Assembly (NCBI GenBank): GCA_963724295.1 | Contig: CAVRUC010000005.1 | Coordinates: 1-64,000, forward strand | DNA length: 64,000 nt | Direction: 5' to 3' | Origin: an uncultured Chloroflexia bacterium | Lineage (GTDB): Bacteria; Chloroflexota; Chloroflexia; Thermomicrobiales; UBA6265 | Part shown: piece after piece, positions 13,195 to 24,267 of the stretch | Numbering within the stretch: position 1 is the first letter of the stretch | Layout of the letters: each line of letters starts with the position of its first letter | The notes under the pieces: generated by a model | Told to the model about the DNA's origin: nothing | What the model saw: the letters and a program-made list of their open reading frames with translations, nothing else | The model's database searches: none | Translations under genes and position numbers: made by a program

Positions 13195-13273
13195 GCACCC
13201 GAGTCCATACGCAGCGCTGACGCGTCACACGGGGGTCATCATGGCCTCGTGTGCCTGCCTATAATCCTCGCGA

Positions 13274-14368
13274 ATGCAAGTCATGAGCGGGAAGCTGGTA
13301 CGGGGAGGAATCGTGGTTACCGTACGTGCAACCGGCGATGTGGAGTTGACAGACGAATCGATCGCGGTCGGCCCCACAACTCGCCTGCGGGTCTTTTCAG
13401 GGATTCAACCGACCGGCAACTTCCATCTCGGAAATTACCTCGGGGCTATTCGAAACTGGGTCGATCAGCAAGCGGAGTTCGACAACGTCTTCTGCATCGT
13501 GGATCTTCACGCGCTGTCCCAGCCAACCACGAAAGAATCCCTACGGGCCAACATCCTTGGTCTCGCCAATGTCCTGCTAGCCTCGGGTTTGGACCCGTCC
13601 CAATCCATCATTTTCATTCAATCGGACGTTCGTGAGCACACCGAGCTCTGCTGGCTACTGAGCTCGGTGACGCAGTACGGCGAGCTCCGTCGCATGACGC
13701 AGTTCAAGGACAAGGCCGGCGGCAAAGACGAGCAAGTCAGCGCCGCCCTGCTCTTTTACCCGGTTCTGCAAGCGGCGGACATTTTGCTCTACGACACGAA
13801 TCGGGTGCCCGTCGGCGACGACCAGAAGCAGCATATCGAGCTAACACGCGACATCGCCGCTCGCTTCAACGCGCGCTACGGCGAGACCTTCGTCCTGCCT
13901 CAACCGGACATCAAGACTGCCGGCGCCAGGGTCATGTCGCTCGAAGATCCCACCAGAAAGATGAGCAAGAGCGATGCAAATCCGAACGCCACGATCGCGC
14001 TGACGGATGACGCCGATACGATTCGTCGCAAGATCCGGCGGGCGGTCACCGATTCCGGAAGCGACGTCATTGCCTCGCCCGACAAACCGGCGCTGACGAA
14101 TCTGCTGACGATCTACAGCCTTCTCAGCGGTGATTCGATTTCTGCGATCGAGGACCGGTACTCCGGAAAGGGCTATGGGGCCTTCAAGAGCGATCTGGCC
14201 GACATTGTCGTTTCGTCGCTCGCGCCAATTCAGAACCGGCTTGCCGAATTGAATGATGACCCGGACGTCGCCCGGGCCATCCTCGAGGATGGCGCCGAAC
14301 GTGCCCGCGCCCGCGCCACGGCCAAGATGGCTCAGGTACGGGATCGCATGGGTATTGGTCTCGGCTGA
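13274..14368 (+). CDS. trpS: Tryptophan--tRNA ligase
   Basis: SGIQPTG..HLGNYLGA, YPVLQAADIL, VPVGDDQ.QH and KMSKS. The true start is probably a little downstream. Confidence 0.97.
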   Translation: MQVMSGKLVRGGIVVTVRATGDVELTDESIAVGPTTRLRVFSGIQPTGNFHLGNYLGAIRNWVDQQAEFDNVFCIVDLHALSQPTTKESLRANILGLANVLLASGLDPSQSIIFIQSDVREHTELCWLLSSVTQYGELRRMTQFKDKAGGKDEQVSAALLFYPVLQAADILLYDTNRVPVGDDQKQHIELTRDIAARFNARYGETFVLPQPDIKTAGARVMSLEDPTRKMSKSDANPNATIALTDDADTIRRKIRRAVTDSGSDVIASPDKPALTNLLTIYSLLSGDSISAIEDRYSGKGYGAFKSDLADIVVSSLAPIQNRLAELNDDPDVARAILEDGAERARARATAKMAQVRDRMGIGLG

Positions 14369-14398
14369 CGGCCGATCAGATTAACGGTTGACGATCCG

Positions 14399-15574
14399 CT
14401 AGTGCACGGCGAGCGCCGGAATCAGGCAGCCGACATCCGTGTACTCGATCTCGTCCAGTGATGTCGGTGCGCCGGGCCCACACATCGGACACTCCGGATC
14501 GCGGGTAAGGCGAAGTTCGCGGAACTCCATCTCCAGCGCGTCGTAAGTCAGCAGCCGGCCGACAAGTGGCTCGCCGATGCCGAGGATCAGCTTCGCGGTC
14601 TCAGTCGCCTGAATGATCCCGATCGTGCCAGGCAGGAGTCCCAGCACCCCAGCCTCGGCGCAGCTTGGGGCCAGCTCAGGCGGTGGTGGCGTGGGGAAGA
14701 GACAGCGATAGCACGGCCCCTGGTGCGGAATGAACGTCGTCGCCTGCCCCTCGAATCGGAAGATGCTCCCGTGCGCGTTTGGCTTGTCGAGGAGAACGCA
14801 CGCGTCGTTGATCAGATATCGGGTTGCGAAGTTGTCGGTGCCGTCGAGAATGACATCGTACTCGGCAAAAATATCCAGCACGTTGCTCTGGTCGAGCCGG
14901 GTCTCGTGCTTCACGACGTTCACGTCCGGATTCAATGCTTCAATCGCGATCCGTGCCGATTCGACCTTCGGCATGCCAACTCGCTCGGTGGTATGGATCA
15001 CCTGCCGTTGGAGATTCGAATCGTCGACGATATCAGCGTCCACGACCCCAAGAGTTCCGACTCCAGCAGCGGCAAGATAGAGTGCCGCGGGCGAACCAAG
15101 CCCGCCTGCCCCCACCAGAAGCACTTTGGCGTCGAGCAGCTTGCGCTGGCCCTCCTCACCAACCTCGGGAATGAGCAAATGGCGGCTGTACCGGCGCCGC
15201 TGATCGGGACCTAGCGACTGCGGTACGCGCCAGGGCAGTCCCGTCGCCTTCCAACCGCTGAATCCGCCCGCCATCGAGGCGACGTCGCGATAGCCCAGGT
15301 CACTGAGCGCCTCGGCGCCGAAGATGGAACGGACACCACCAGCGCAATAGACGATGACCGGTGTGTCGCGGTCGCGAATCGTCTCTTCAATCCTCATCTC
15401 GAGGAATCCGCGAGGGATATGCACGGCCCCGGGGATAATCCCCTGATCGACCTCGTCTTGCTCGCGGATATCGACGAGAATCGCTCCTTGCTCGCGGAGA
15501 CGCGCCGACTCCCGGGCGTCAACCTCGCGCACGCTGGCGCGCTTTTGCTCGAGCATTTCCTGGTAGGTTGGCAT
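14399..15574 (-). CDS. moeB: Rhodanese-MoeB/ThiF fusion sulfur-carrier adenylyltransferase (MoeZ-type)
   Basis: N-terminal rhodanese (YCAGGVRS), RYSRH, GAGGLGS, SNLQRQ, PCYRC, SCAEAG and CPMC. Confidence 0.93.
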   Translation of the reverse strand: MPTYQEMLEQKRASVREVDARESARLREQGAILVDIREQDEVDQGIIPGAVHIPRGFLEMRIEETIRDRDTPVIVYCAGGVRSIFGAEALSDLGYRDVASMAGGFSGWKATGLPWRVPQSLGPDQRRRYSRHLLIPEVGEEGQRKLLDAKVLLVGAGGLGSPAALYLAAAGVGTLGVVDADIVDDSNLQRQVIHTTERVGMPKVESARIAIEALNPDVNVVKHETRLDQSNVLDIFAEYDVILDGTDNFATRYLINDACVLLDKPNAHGSIFRFEGQATTFIPHQGPCYRCLFPTPPPPELAPSCAEAGVLGLLPGTIGIIQATETAKLILGIGEPLVGRLLTYDALEMEFRELRLTRDPECPMCGPGAPTSLDEIEYTDVGCLIPALAVH

Positions 15575-15753
15575 GTCTGGCTCCACGTCCACGATATTCT
15601 TGAGTTCTTGGTAAAGTTTAGAGTGCGTCGCTTCGTAACGCCAGCCGTCCGTGCTTCGCCGGTCGACATCCGGTGCAGCATCCTGGCATCGGGCACTTAC
15701 TGCACGTCCGGGCCGGCCACTGTTACGCATAGGCGGAAATGGAGCCCAGGCCA

Positions 15754-16292
15754 ATGGCTGATACCCCGGAGTCAGAGACGCTCGATCCGCTAGCCATCGT
15801 CCGCTCGGATCACGGCTGCTTCGGCTGCGGCGATGACAACCCAATCGGGTTGCACTTGCGGTTTGCGACTGACGGGACGCGGTGAGAGCATCGTTCGTTC
15901 CCAGCTCCGACCATCAGGGGTTCGGCAACATCGTCCACGGCGGCATCATCTCCACCATCCTCGACGAGGCAATGGCCTGGGCCACCGCCCACGCCGGGTT
16001 CTGGGCGATGACCGGCGACATGCGCGTCAGGTTCCGCCGCCCCCTTTACATCGGCGAGCCATCTGTCGTCACCGCGCGTCTGAGCGGAGTTCGGGGACGC
16101 CTTGTCACCACTGCCGGTGAGCTCGCGGTTGAAAGCGACGGCTCGCCAGTCGCAACCGCAACCGCGACATTCGTACAGGTTGAGGCAGCGCTTGAAGCAG
16201 CCTGGCGAGCACAGTACTTGCGAGAATCGGACACGCTCGCGACGGAGCTGCGGGAAGTTCGAGGTCCAGCAGACGCGGCCAGAGCTGAATGA
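15754..16292 (+). CDS. PaaI-family hot-dog thioesterase (one frameshift near 15875)
   Basis: MADTPE..DHGCFGCGDDNPIGLHLRF in one frame, then HQGFGNIVHGGIISTILDEAM in ORF 15882..16292. Confidence 0.88.
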
Positions 16293-16393
16293 GATAGTGT
16301 GAGCCTGCCAGGCGAAGTAGCGCTCGCTCCAGAAAATGATCGTTGAGGTATCGAACCGTGGGATCACAAGACAGCCCTTCGATCGACTCCAAC

Positions 16394-16846
16394 GTGCAGA
16401 ATGAATTGTTGGCCCGCGCCCGGGCCGCGGCGAATCAGGCCTATGTGCCGTACTCCGGGTTCCCGGTGGGTGCGGCCGTGCTGGCCGCGGATGGGTCCAT
16501 TCACACCGGCTGCAACGTCGAGAATGCAAGCTACGGGTTGACGATCTGCGCCGAGCGCGTGGCCGCGACCGCCGCGGTCAGTTCCGGTCACCGACAGATC
16601 ATCGCGGTTGCGGTGTCGGCGCCGAAGGTTGCGCGTACAACGCCCTGTGGCGCGTGCCGGCAATTCCTCAACGAGTTTCGGCCAGACAGTTCAGACCTGG
16701 TGATCATCCTCGACGATCGCCAATCAGGTGATCCGATTTGGCTCGATGAGCTCCTACCGCAAGCGTTTGGACCTCGAAATCTCGATGCGGCGCCTCCGCC
16801 GGCCGATGGCAGCCCAGTGCCAAAGAGAGAGACTCATGGCGGCTAG
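16394..16846 (+). CDS. cdd: Cytidine deaminase (homotetrameric type)
   Basis: AYVPYSGFPVGAA, GCNVENASY, CAER, PCGACRQ and ELLP..F. Start approximate. Confidence 0.95.
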   Translation: MQNELLARARAAANQAYVPYSGFPVGAAVLAADGSIHTGCNVENASYGLTICAERVAATAAVSSGHRQIIAVAVSAPKVARTTPCGACRQFLNEFRPDSSDLVIILDDRQSGDPIWLDELLPQAFGPRNLDAAPPPADGSPVPKRETHGG

Positions 16847-17655
16847 GTACCTCGACTACTACGCGAGCGTCGCCGACCGGATGCTGCCGTTCCTGCAAGG
16901 TCGTCAAGTTGCCATCGAGCAACGATTTCCGAGCAGCAAGGACATCGTCTATCGCCGTCACACGGGCGGTAGTGGCGATGACACGTGGATCCGCATTGCC
17001 GATCGCGATGCCTTGCTCGGCTGGGCGCGGCAGCACACGGTCGGTCTTCACGCGCACATCCGATCCGAGGACCGGGGCGCCTGGTTCGTTATCGACATCG
17101 ACTCCCGCAACCTGCCGACGGAGATGGCGCAACGGGCTGCGATTCACGCCGCGGACGTCCTGGCTGAGCAAGGCATCGACGCGCTGGTCAAGTTCTCGGG
17201 ATCAGATGGGTTTCACCTGATGTGGGATGTTCCCGATCTCGGTGATCTTGCGGACGACGCGCTCTGGGAGCTCGAGCGGGCCGTCGTCCGCGCGGTCGCC
17301 TGTGAGGTCGAGCGTCGGCTCGCCGATGATCCCCAGGCGTCGTTGATCCGGGAGACCGTCGGCCCTGGCAAACAGGCGATCACGACCGGATCGGCTGATC
17401 GGGAGAACCCCGAACGCGTTGCTCTTTGACGAATACATCCTCAAGGATGCCGCGAACTTTCGCGTGCCCTATTCCATCCACCCAGCGACCGGTCTTGTCG
17501 CTGCTCCGCTCAGCCGGTCACAACTGACCACATTTCAAGAGAGCGACGCGTCACCTGAAGCGGTTGCCGCGGACTGGCCAGTGATTTCCCTCCCTCGGCA
17601 GACGATCGGCGACGTGCGACGAGCCCTCGACGCCTGGCGCGCGGATGGTTGCTGA
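16836..17655 (+). CDS. Stand-alone archaeo-eukaryotic primase-polymerase (LigD PolDom-like), frameshift near 17410-17420
   Basis: YLDYYASVADRMLPFL.GR, VIDID (motif I), KFSGSDGFH (motif II), then LFDE..FRVPYSIHPATGL in ORF 17419..17655. Confidence 0.8.
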
Positions 17656-17678
17656 ACTGGGGTGGGAGACCGGGGCCG

Positions 17679-18784
17679 TCAGGCCGCGATCGCCGGATCG
17701 TCGCGAACGACCGTGACCTCTTGCAACCTGAGCACCACATCGCGCCGCTCCTGAGCCAGAAGCGTCAGTCGCCCGAGTCCGCCGGCCGTCGCCTTGATAG
17801 GGACGCCGTCCGCGTCAATGACCAGTCGCACGGTCGGCCCTTCGAATACGATCTGGTCGATGCGACCGCGAACGAGGTTTGGCTCATCAGCGGGGCCACT
17901 GTCCATCATCACTTCGATGTTTTCAGGTCGCACAAATGCCAGCACGTTGTCGCCGACGCGCACGTTTCCGGGATCCAGTCCCCGTAGCCGCATGCCTCCC
18001 GCCCGCACGTCGACCAGACCCGGTTCACCCGACGCGCCTTCGATGAGACCGACCACCTCTCCCGGGATCGCATTGTTGTCACCGACGAACCCGGCTACGA
18101 ACTCGGTACGGGGGCGGAGGTAAATATCGAGCTGGGTGCCCGCCTGCTCGATCCGCCCTTCGTTCATCACGAAGATCCGGTCGGAGATCGCGAAGGCCTC
18201 GGATTGGTCGTGGGTGACATAGATCGCCGTTTTTCCGGTCCGCCGCTGCAAGTCCAGAATCGAGTACTTGAGCGTGTCGCGCAGATTGCGATCGAGCGCG
18301 GAGAGTGGCTCGTCGAAGAGGAGCACTCGGGGATCAGTGGCAAGCATCCGGGCCAGCGCGACGCGCTGCTGCTGCCCCCCGGAGAGCTGCGCCGGCATGC
18401 GATCGGCGTGCTGCGAGAGCTCGATCATGTCGAGCATTTCGCTCACCCGATGCTGAATCTCCTGTTTCGGCGTGCCCTTCACCTCCAGCCCAAACGCGAT
18501 GTTGCGGGCGACGCTCAGATGCGGAAAGAGCGCGTGGCTCTGGAACGCCAGGCCAATGTTCCGCTTGTGCGGCGGACGTTGTTCACGACCTGCCCGTCGA
18601 ACCGGATCTGGCCCGACGTCGGGTCGACCAGACCCGCGACCATGCGCAGGGTCGTCGTCTTGCCGCATCCCGAGGGTCCAAGCAGCGTGACAAACTCGCC
18701 GTCCGCGATGTCGGCGCTGACGCGATCGACGGCCAGGGTCGACCCATAGCGCTTTGTGACATCGAGCAATTGGACTCGAGTCAT
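17679..18784 (-). CDS. ABC transporter ATP-binding protein (PotA/FbpC-like, TOBE), frameshift near 18570
   Basis: GPSGCGKTT in ORF 18515..18808; LSGGQQQR, LLFDEP and VTHDQ in ORF 17679..19187. Confidence 0.9.
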
Positions 18785-18814
18785 TGATTCCCTCGCCGTC
18801 GGTGGCAATGCGAC

Positions 18815-19658
18815 TCAGATCAGATACGTGCCCTTGAGATAGCGCGACCCGAAGAAGCGGAAGAAGAGCAGGACCACGACGAACGAGACGAGCTGCATCG
18901 TCGTCGCCAGCGCCGCGGTCGACGGCTGGAATCCCGCCGTTCGCGTCAGGTTGTAGACGCGCAAGCGCCGCGGTCGTCGTGCTCGGCCCGGCGATGAAGA
19001 GCGTCACCAGGAACTCGTTGAAGATGATGACAAACGTCAGCAGGATGCCGGCGCTGATTCCCGGTCCGAGCAGCGGCATCTCGACCCGCCAGAACGTCTG
19101 CATCCGTGTGGCGCCGAGCGTCCGCGCCGCCTCTTCGAAAACCATCGGCAGATCGCGCAGCGCGACGATGACCGGCACCAGCATCAAGCGGAAACGTGCC
19201 GACGACGTAGGCCGCGATCAGCCCGGTCATCGTCTGCGGAATGCGGAACAGAAAGGCATAGCGCGATCACCAGACTCACGCCCATGACTGCCGCCGGGGT
19301 GTAGAGCGAAAGATTGAGCGCGAGAGGATGAAGCTCTTGCCGGGAATCGGATAGCGCACGATGGCATAGGCCGCCGGGAATGGCGATCACCAGATTGATG
19401 ATGATCGTGATAACCGTCGTCTGCAACGAAAGCAGCAGGTTTTCCTTGAAGCTCCCGAACACGTATTGATACGCGCTGAGCGTCCAGACTCCATCCGGTG
19501 TCCGCAGCGAATAGGCAAGAGTCGCCAGGAACGGCAGCGCGAAAACGGCGAGCCAGCCCAGATGTAGCCGTGCGCGAGCGCAGTCCCAAGCCACCTTGAG
19601 GCTGAAACTGGAACGTCGGTCTGGCTGTCGCGCGGGCTGGGACCGCCACGCTAGCCAT
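18815..19658 (-). CDS. ABC transporter permease (PotC-like), multiple frameshifts
   Basis: Hydrophobic segments and the EEAARTLGA EAA loop, distributed over several frames. Confidence 0.8.
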
Positions 19659-19667
19659 ACTGTTTCT

Positions 19668-20570
19668 CTACGCTCCGAGCGCGCCGCGCGAAAAGCGCAG
19701 CGACACCCAGGTCACAGCGAACGCCATGACCATCAGCACGCACACCGAGCGCCGCGGCGAGCCCATAGTTGAACTGGACGAGCCCTTTGTGAACATCTGG
19801 ATCGAGAGCACCGACTGCTCTTTAGGCGACCCCAGAAGCTGCGGCTGAGCGAACACGCCGAGATTCCAGCCAAAGCACATCAGGAAGCCGGCGACAATTC
19901 CGCTCCAGCTCAACGGAAAGAGAATGCGCGTGAACGTCTGCCAGGGCTTCGCCCCCAGGGTCTTGCCGCCTCTTCGAGCATCGGATCGACGTTCGAGAGC
20001 GCGGCGCCGATGTTCATGACCATGAACGGAAACGTGAAGACCGCCATCGAGAAGAGGACCGCTGCTTGCGAAAAGAGGTACTTGGCGACGTTGATGCCGA
20101 GCGTCGTGAAGACCGGCCCAAGCGGACCATTAGGCAGGAGGATGTAGAAGAGTCCAAATGCCAGATAGAGCGGGCCGAACAGCGGGAACGTCATCATCGT
20201 GCGCACGAACTCGCGGTAGCGAATCTTGCGGATCAGGATGTAGGCAAACGGGTAGCCGAAGACGAGATCGAGAATCGAGGAAACGCCGCCAGATAGACCG
20301 TCTCGACGATCGCCGACCGATAGCGGGTGAAGACTTCCCGGTAGTTGTCGCCGGTGTACTCGGCGGTGAAGAAGAACGACGATCCTTGCGTCAGGCTGAC
20401 TTGAAACAGATAGCCAAGCGGGATGATCGAAAACAGAATCGCGACCGACGACCGCCGGTGCAAGCAAGCAAGATCCCACGCAACCGCGAGCGATGCGAAC
20501 GGTCTGCCGCACCGAGCATCCGCGATCTCGTACTCGATTGCGACTTCGGCGGGCGCGTGCGTCATCTGAC
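19668..20570 (-). CDS. ABC transporter permease (PotB-like), multiple frameshifts
   Basis: FGYPFAY, PFMVMNI and LEEAAR motifs, spread over ORFs 20233..20580, 19910..20512 and 19668..19913. Confidence 0.8.
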
Positions 20571-20594
20571 GGGGCGCCACGGTCCGATCGCTAT

Positions 20595-20628
20595 GGCGCC
20601 GCGGCGCGTCTTGACCCGCCGCGGCGCC
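20595..20628. repeat. GC-rich inverted repeat between the SBP and permease genes
   Basis: GGCGCCGCGGCG...CGCCGCGGCGCC, 12-bp arms. Confidence 0.7.
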
Positions 20629-20679
20629 CTGCCATCGCTCGCGCGTCTCACAACCAGTGTGGCGCGATTCTACATCCGG

Positions 20680-21967
20680 CTACTGACCAATGCCCTGGGA
20701 GTAGTAGTCCGACCACTCACCGAGATGCTCGGCGAAGTAGTCCCAGTCGACGGCCTTGTAATTTGTCGTGAGCTGCTCGGTCGTTGGGTAGTAGGTGAAG
20801 TAGTCCTCCGCGAACCACTCCGGGACCAGATCCGCGTATGACTCGCCGATGATGCCCTTCGTTCAGTTCGGCCCACGGCCGGGCTCGAGACCCCAGCTCT
20901 CCGGCGGGAACTGGACCTCGTCGCTCAGGCGCCAGTTGACGAAGATCTGCGCCAGGACCGGGTGCGGCGTGCCCTTCGGGATCCACATGTAGCCGTTGGC
21001 AAGATATTGACCCGACTCGGCGATCATGAACGCCGTATTCGTCTGCCCATTCAGGAACTCCATGCGAGCCAGGCTGTTCCAGAATCCGACAGCGTCGACG
21101 ACGCCCGCCGCGCAGCAGCTGCTGCATCGTGGCGCTGTCGCTGGTGTATTGCAGGACGTTCGGGTGAATCCGCTCGACGAAGAAGTCGATCGCTTCGGTC
21201 ATTTCCTCGGGCATCTTGTAGTCGAGCCCGAGAGACGCGGCGATGCCCAAGAAGCATGCCAGCCATCGTGATGTCGCCTGGGAGCGGCATCGGTCAAGCG
21301 GCCCTTGCAGGCGCTCGTCAGCGAGATCCGTGCCAGTCGGCAAGGTAGGGCGCCCGCTCTTTGTCGTAGACGATGCCCGGGGTGGCAGAAGCTTGGAAGC
21401 CAACCGCCGTGCGGAAAGTGCCTGGAACATCTCCGAGCACACGGTCGGCATTCGGAACCAGACCCGGAGGGAAGGAACTCCTCGCAACCGGTTCCGGCTG
21501 CGACAGCGCCTCCGCCAGATAGTTTTCCTCGATGGCCATCACGTCGAGCGACGGTGGATTGCCGCTCTGCAACGCGGTGTAGAGATTCGTGATATAGGTG
21601 CTCGGCTGCCTGGCTCGCTTGGTAATTCAGCGTGATGTCGACGCCGTAGGTGGTGCTGACGTACTCCTTGAATTTCGCGATCGAGCGTGTCATTGGCGGT
21701 GTAGGTCCAGTTCCCGACGTTGACTTCCCCTTCGCTCTGGATCGCCGCCACGATCTCGTCCGGGGTCATCTCCTTGTTCACGATGGAGACCTGCACGGGT
21801 CCGTCCTGCGCGGCAACCGACGCGGCCGAGACGCGACTGAGCGCCATGCCAATCGCCGGGGCCGCCAGCCCGAGCGCAACTCCTCGCCGCACGATTTCTC
21901 GCCGCGAGTAGCGGCCCTCGATCGCCTCTGAAACAAGCGACGACAAACGAGGATTCTCCAACGTCAC
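20680..21967 (-). CDS. ABC substrate-binding protein (PotD/PotF-like) with Tat-like leader, multiple frameshifts
   Basis: YSRREIVRRGVALGL leader, EGEVNVGNW and WIPKGTPHPVLAQIFVNWRLS. Confidence 0.75.
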
Positions 21968-22058
21968 TGCTCGACTCCTCACCCGCGCGATCACGCGGCG
22001 CGAATATGCTCGCGACTCCCCCGTTGGAGCCGTCCGGTAGTTGCCTCTGTGTCGGGCA

Positions 22059-22087
22059 ACGGTATCTACGCCCGGTATGACTGTCAA
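22059..22087 (-). promoter_or_regulatory. Sigma70-type promoter of the Pot-like ABC operon
   Basis: Minus strand reads TTGACA-17 nt-TACCGT, about 90 nt upstream of the SBP start. Confidence 0.7.
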
Positions 22088-22190
22088 CTGCCCTCGGAGT
22101 CGACAGCCGCACGCCGCGCGCAGAGCGGCCCACCGCAGGAGTCGAATACGACGAACTCGACCGAATGTGATCAACCGGCATCGACGCCGA

Positions 22191-23305
22191 TCATGGGCTG
22201 ACCGCCGCAATCACCGCATTGCTCAGTCGCTGCCCACCGCGGAAGGATGAACCCCCACATGTGCGTCACCGTGCGATTGGCGAAAACGGCGAGCGCAAGA
22301 TCGCGTTCCGGGTCGCCCCACAGCAGCGTTCCCGCATGTCCGAAATGACAGAATGTCTGAACCGAGGTGTAGTCGCCGGTCCAGTGGCGGCGCTTCTCCC
22401 CTTTGACCTCCCAGCCGAGTCCCCAGGACCCGGGATCCCAGTGCACCTTCGCGCTTTCCACACCGCCTGGGACGCCCATGGTCTGATCGGTCGTCATCAA
22501 CGACGTCGCAGCTTCCGAGACCACCCGCTCTCCGGACGGCAGAAACGCGGCCGCAAAGCGGACCGCATCACGCGGCGTACCGAAGAGTCCACCCCATGGC
22601 AATGCCAGACCGCGCCAATACGCACTGTTGTAGGACTCGATATCCGTTCCGGGATGACTCGTGTCGGCGAGATGTGCGACCCGCTCCAGGGTGGGCCCGC
22701 TGGGATCGGCCACGATATTCTCGATGCCTAGTGGCTCGAGCACGCGGTCCTGTGCGATTTTCCAGAATGACTGCTTCGCGATGTGTGCCGCGAGCCGGGC
22801 GATCACTCCATAACCGGTATTGGAATAGCGGAGCTGCTTCTCCGGGAGCCGACAGCAACGGCTGACGGCACATGTGATCGATCACGCTTTCGATCGAGGC
22901 TCCGTCCTGATACAGCGACTCGCGAGGCCCCAGATCTTCCGGCAAACCGGAGACGTGGCAGAGAAGCTGCCGAGCGCCGATCGTCGGGCGCAAGCGCTCG
23001 AGCGTCGGATCGACGCCTTCCGTACCTGCTGCTGGTCCGGCGCGGAACTCCGGCAGGAGTCTGCCAACGGGTTCATCCAGCGAAATTGCGCCCTCGTCGA
23101 CCAGTGTCATGAGTGTCGCGGCGGTCACCGGCTTCGTCACCGAAGCGAGCGGGAAAAGCGTCTCAGGTGTGACGGGGATGCCCGCTCGAGCCTCGCCCAC
23201 GTAGCGCTCGGCCACGATCTCGCCGCCCCGCCAGACGGCGACGCCGACACCGGGGACCCCGTGCGGGCCGACCCACTCATCGACCTGGCTCAGCGCGTGC
23301 ATCAT
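22191..23305 (-). CDS. Beta-lactamase-family serine hydrolase/esterase, two frameshifts
   Basis: LASVTK (SxxK), YSNTGY at the frame junction, and HFGHAGT..WGDP. Confidence 0.85.
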
Positions 23306-23457
23306 GGATCGTGTTGGCGTTGCCAGTTTTACCTCCCGCGCGCCGAATCGAGTCCAACTTGTGACGACATCGATGACCGACTGGCTCGCTACCCGTCGGG
23401 CTATGATGCCATTTGTCGCTCAAGGCGGCTCAACGCCAGTGGACAGGGCCAGTACAG

Positions 23458-24267
23458 ATGGGCACCGGAAGCGAAAACTGGAACCTCGCCGTCTTCCGCG
23501 ATTCGTCCACGGCGAGCGAGGCCGTCGCCGATGTCGTGTCGGCGGTTATTGGCGGCAATCCTCACGCCGCGATCAGCTTCCCCACTGGCAGCACGCCACT
23601 TGGCATGTTTGACGTCCTGGCTGCGCGCGCCGCTCGCGGCGAGATCGACTTTTCGGGCGTCACGGTTTTCTGTCTGGACGAGTACGTGGGTGTTACCGCC
23701 GAGGATCCCAACAGCCTGACCCGATGGCTGAGGGAAGGGTTCCTGAACCGGATTGGCGTCAAACCGGATCAACTCCGCGGCCTCCCCGTCACCGAGAAAG
23801 ACCACATTGCCGCTGCCGCTGGGTACGAAGCGGCAATCGCTGCCCGGGGCGGTCTCGACCTCGCGATACTCGGTCTCGGACCCAATGGCCACATTGGATA
23901 CAACGAGCCTGGATCGAGCGCTGACTCGCGTACCCGGGTCATTGATCTGACTCCCGAATCTCGTAGCCAGGCGTCGGCCTACTGGGAAGGAACGGTACCC
24001 ATTCCCCATCTCGCTATGACGATGGGGGTCGGGACACTGCTCGAGGCAAAGCAGATCGTGTTGCTCGTTTTGGGTGAAGCGAAAGCAGGCATGGTGCGGC
24101 GAACGCTCGAGGAGCCAATGGGCGCGGACGTACCGGCTTCGTGGCTGCGCATGGCCGGCCCGCGGCTGACGGTCATTGCCGATGAAGCGGCGGCAAGCGA
24201 TCTCACGTCTGGACGCCATGGCAGGTGCGCAGCACCTGACGACCGCGGAGGTGACAGTAGTGAATGA
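23458..24267 (+). CDS. nagB: Glucosamine-6-phosphate deaminase
   Basis: PTGSTP, LDEYVG, LGLGPNGHIGYNEPGS and MTMGVGT. Confidence 0.95.
   Translation: MGTGSENWNLAVFRDSSTASEAVADVVSAVIGGNPHAAISFPTGSTPLGMFDVLAARAARGEIDFSGVTVFCLDEYVGVTAEDPNSLTRWLREGFLNRIGVKPDQLRGLPVTEKDHIAAAAGYEAAIAARGGLDLAILGLGPNGHIGYNEPGSSADSRTRVIDLTPESRSQASAYWEGTVPIPHLAMTMGVGTLLEAKQIVLLVLGEAKAGMVRRTLEEPMGADVPASWLRMAGPRLTVIADEAAASDLTSGRHGRCAAPDDRGGDSSE

Noticed and set aside
13195..13345. T-box riboswitch ahead of trpS
   Set aside because: No T-box core (GGTGG.ACC) or terminator. Only a TATAAT at 13260-13265 is present and the leader is short.
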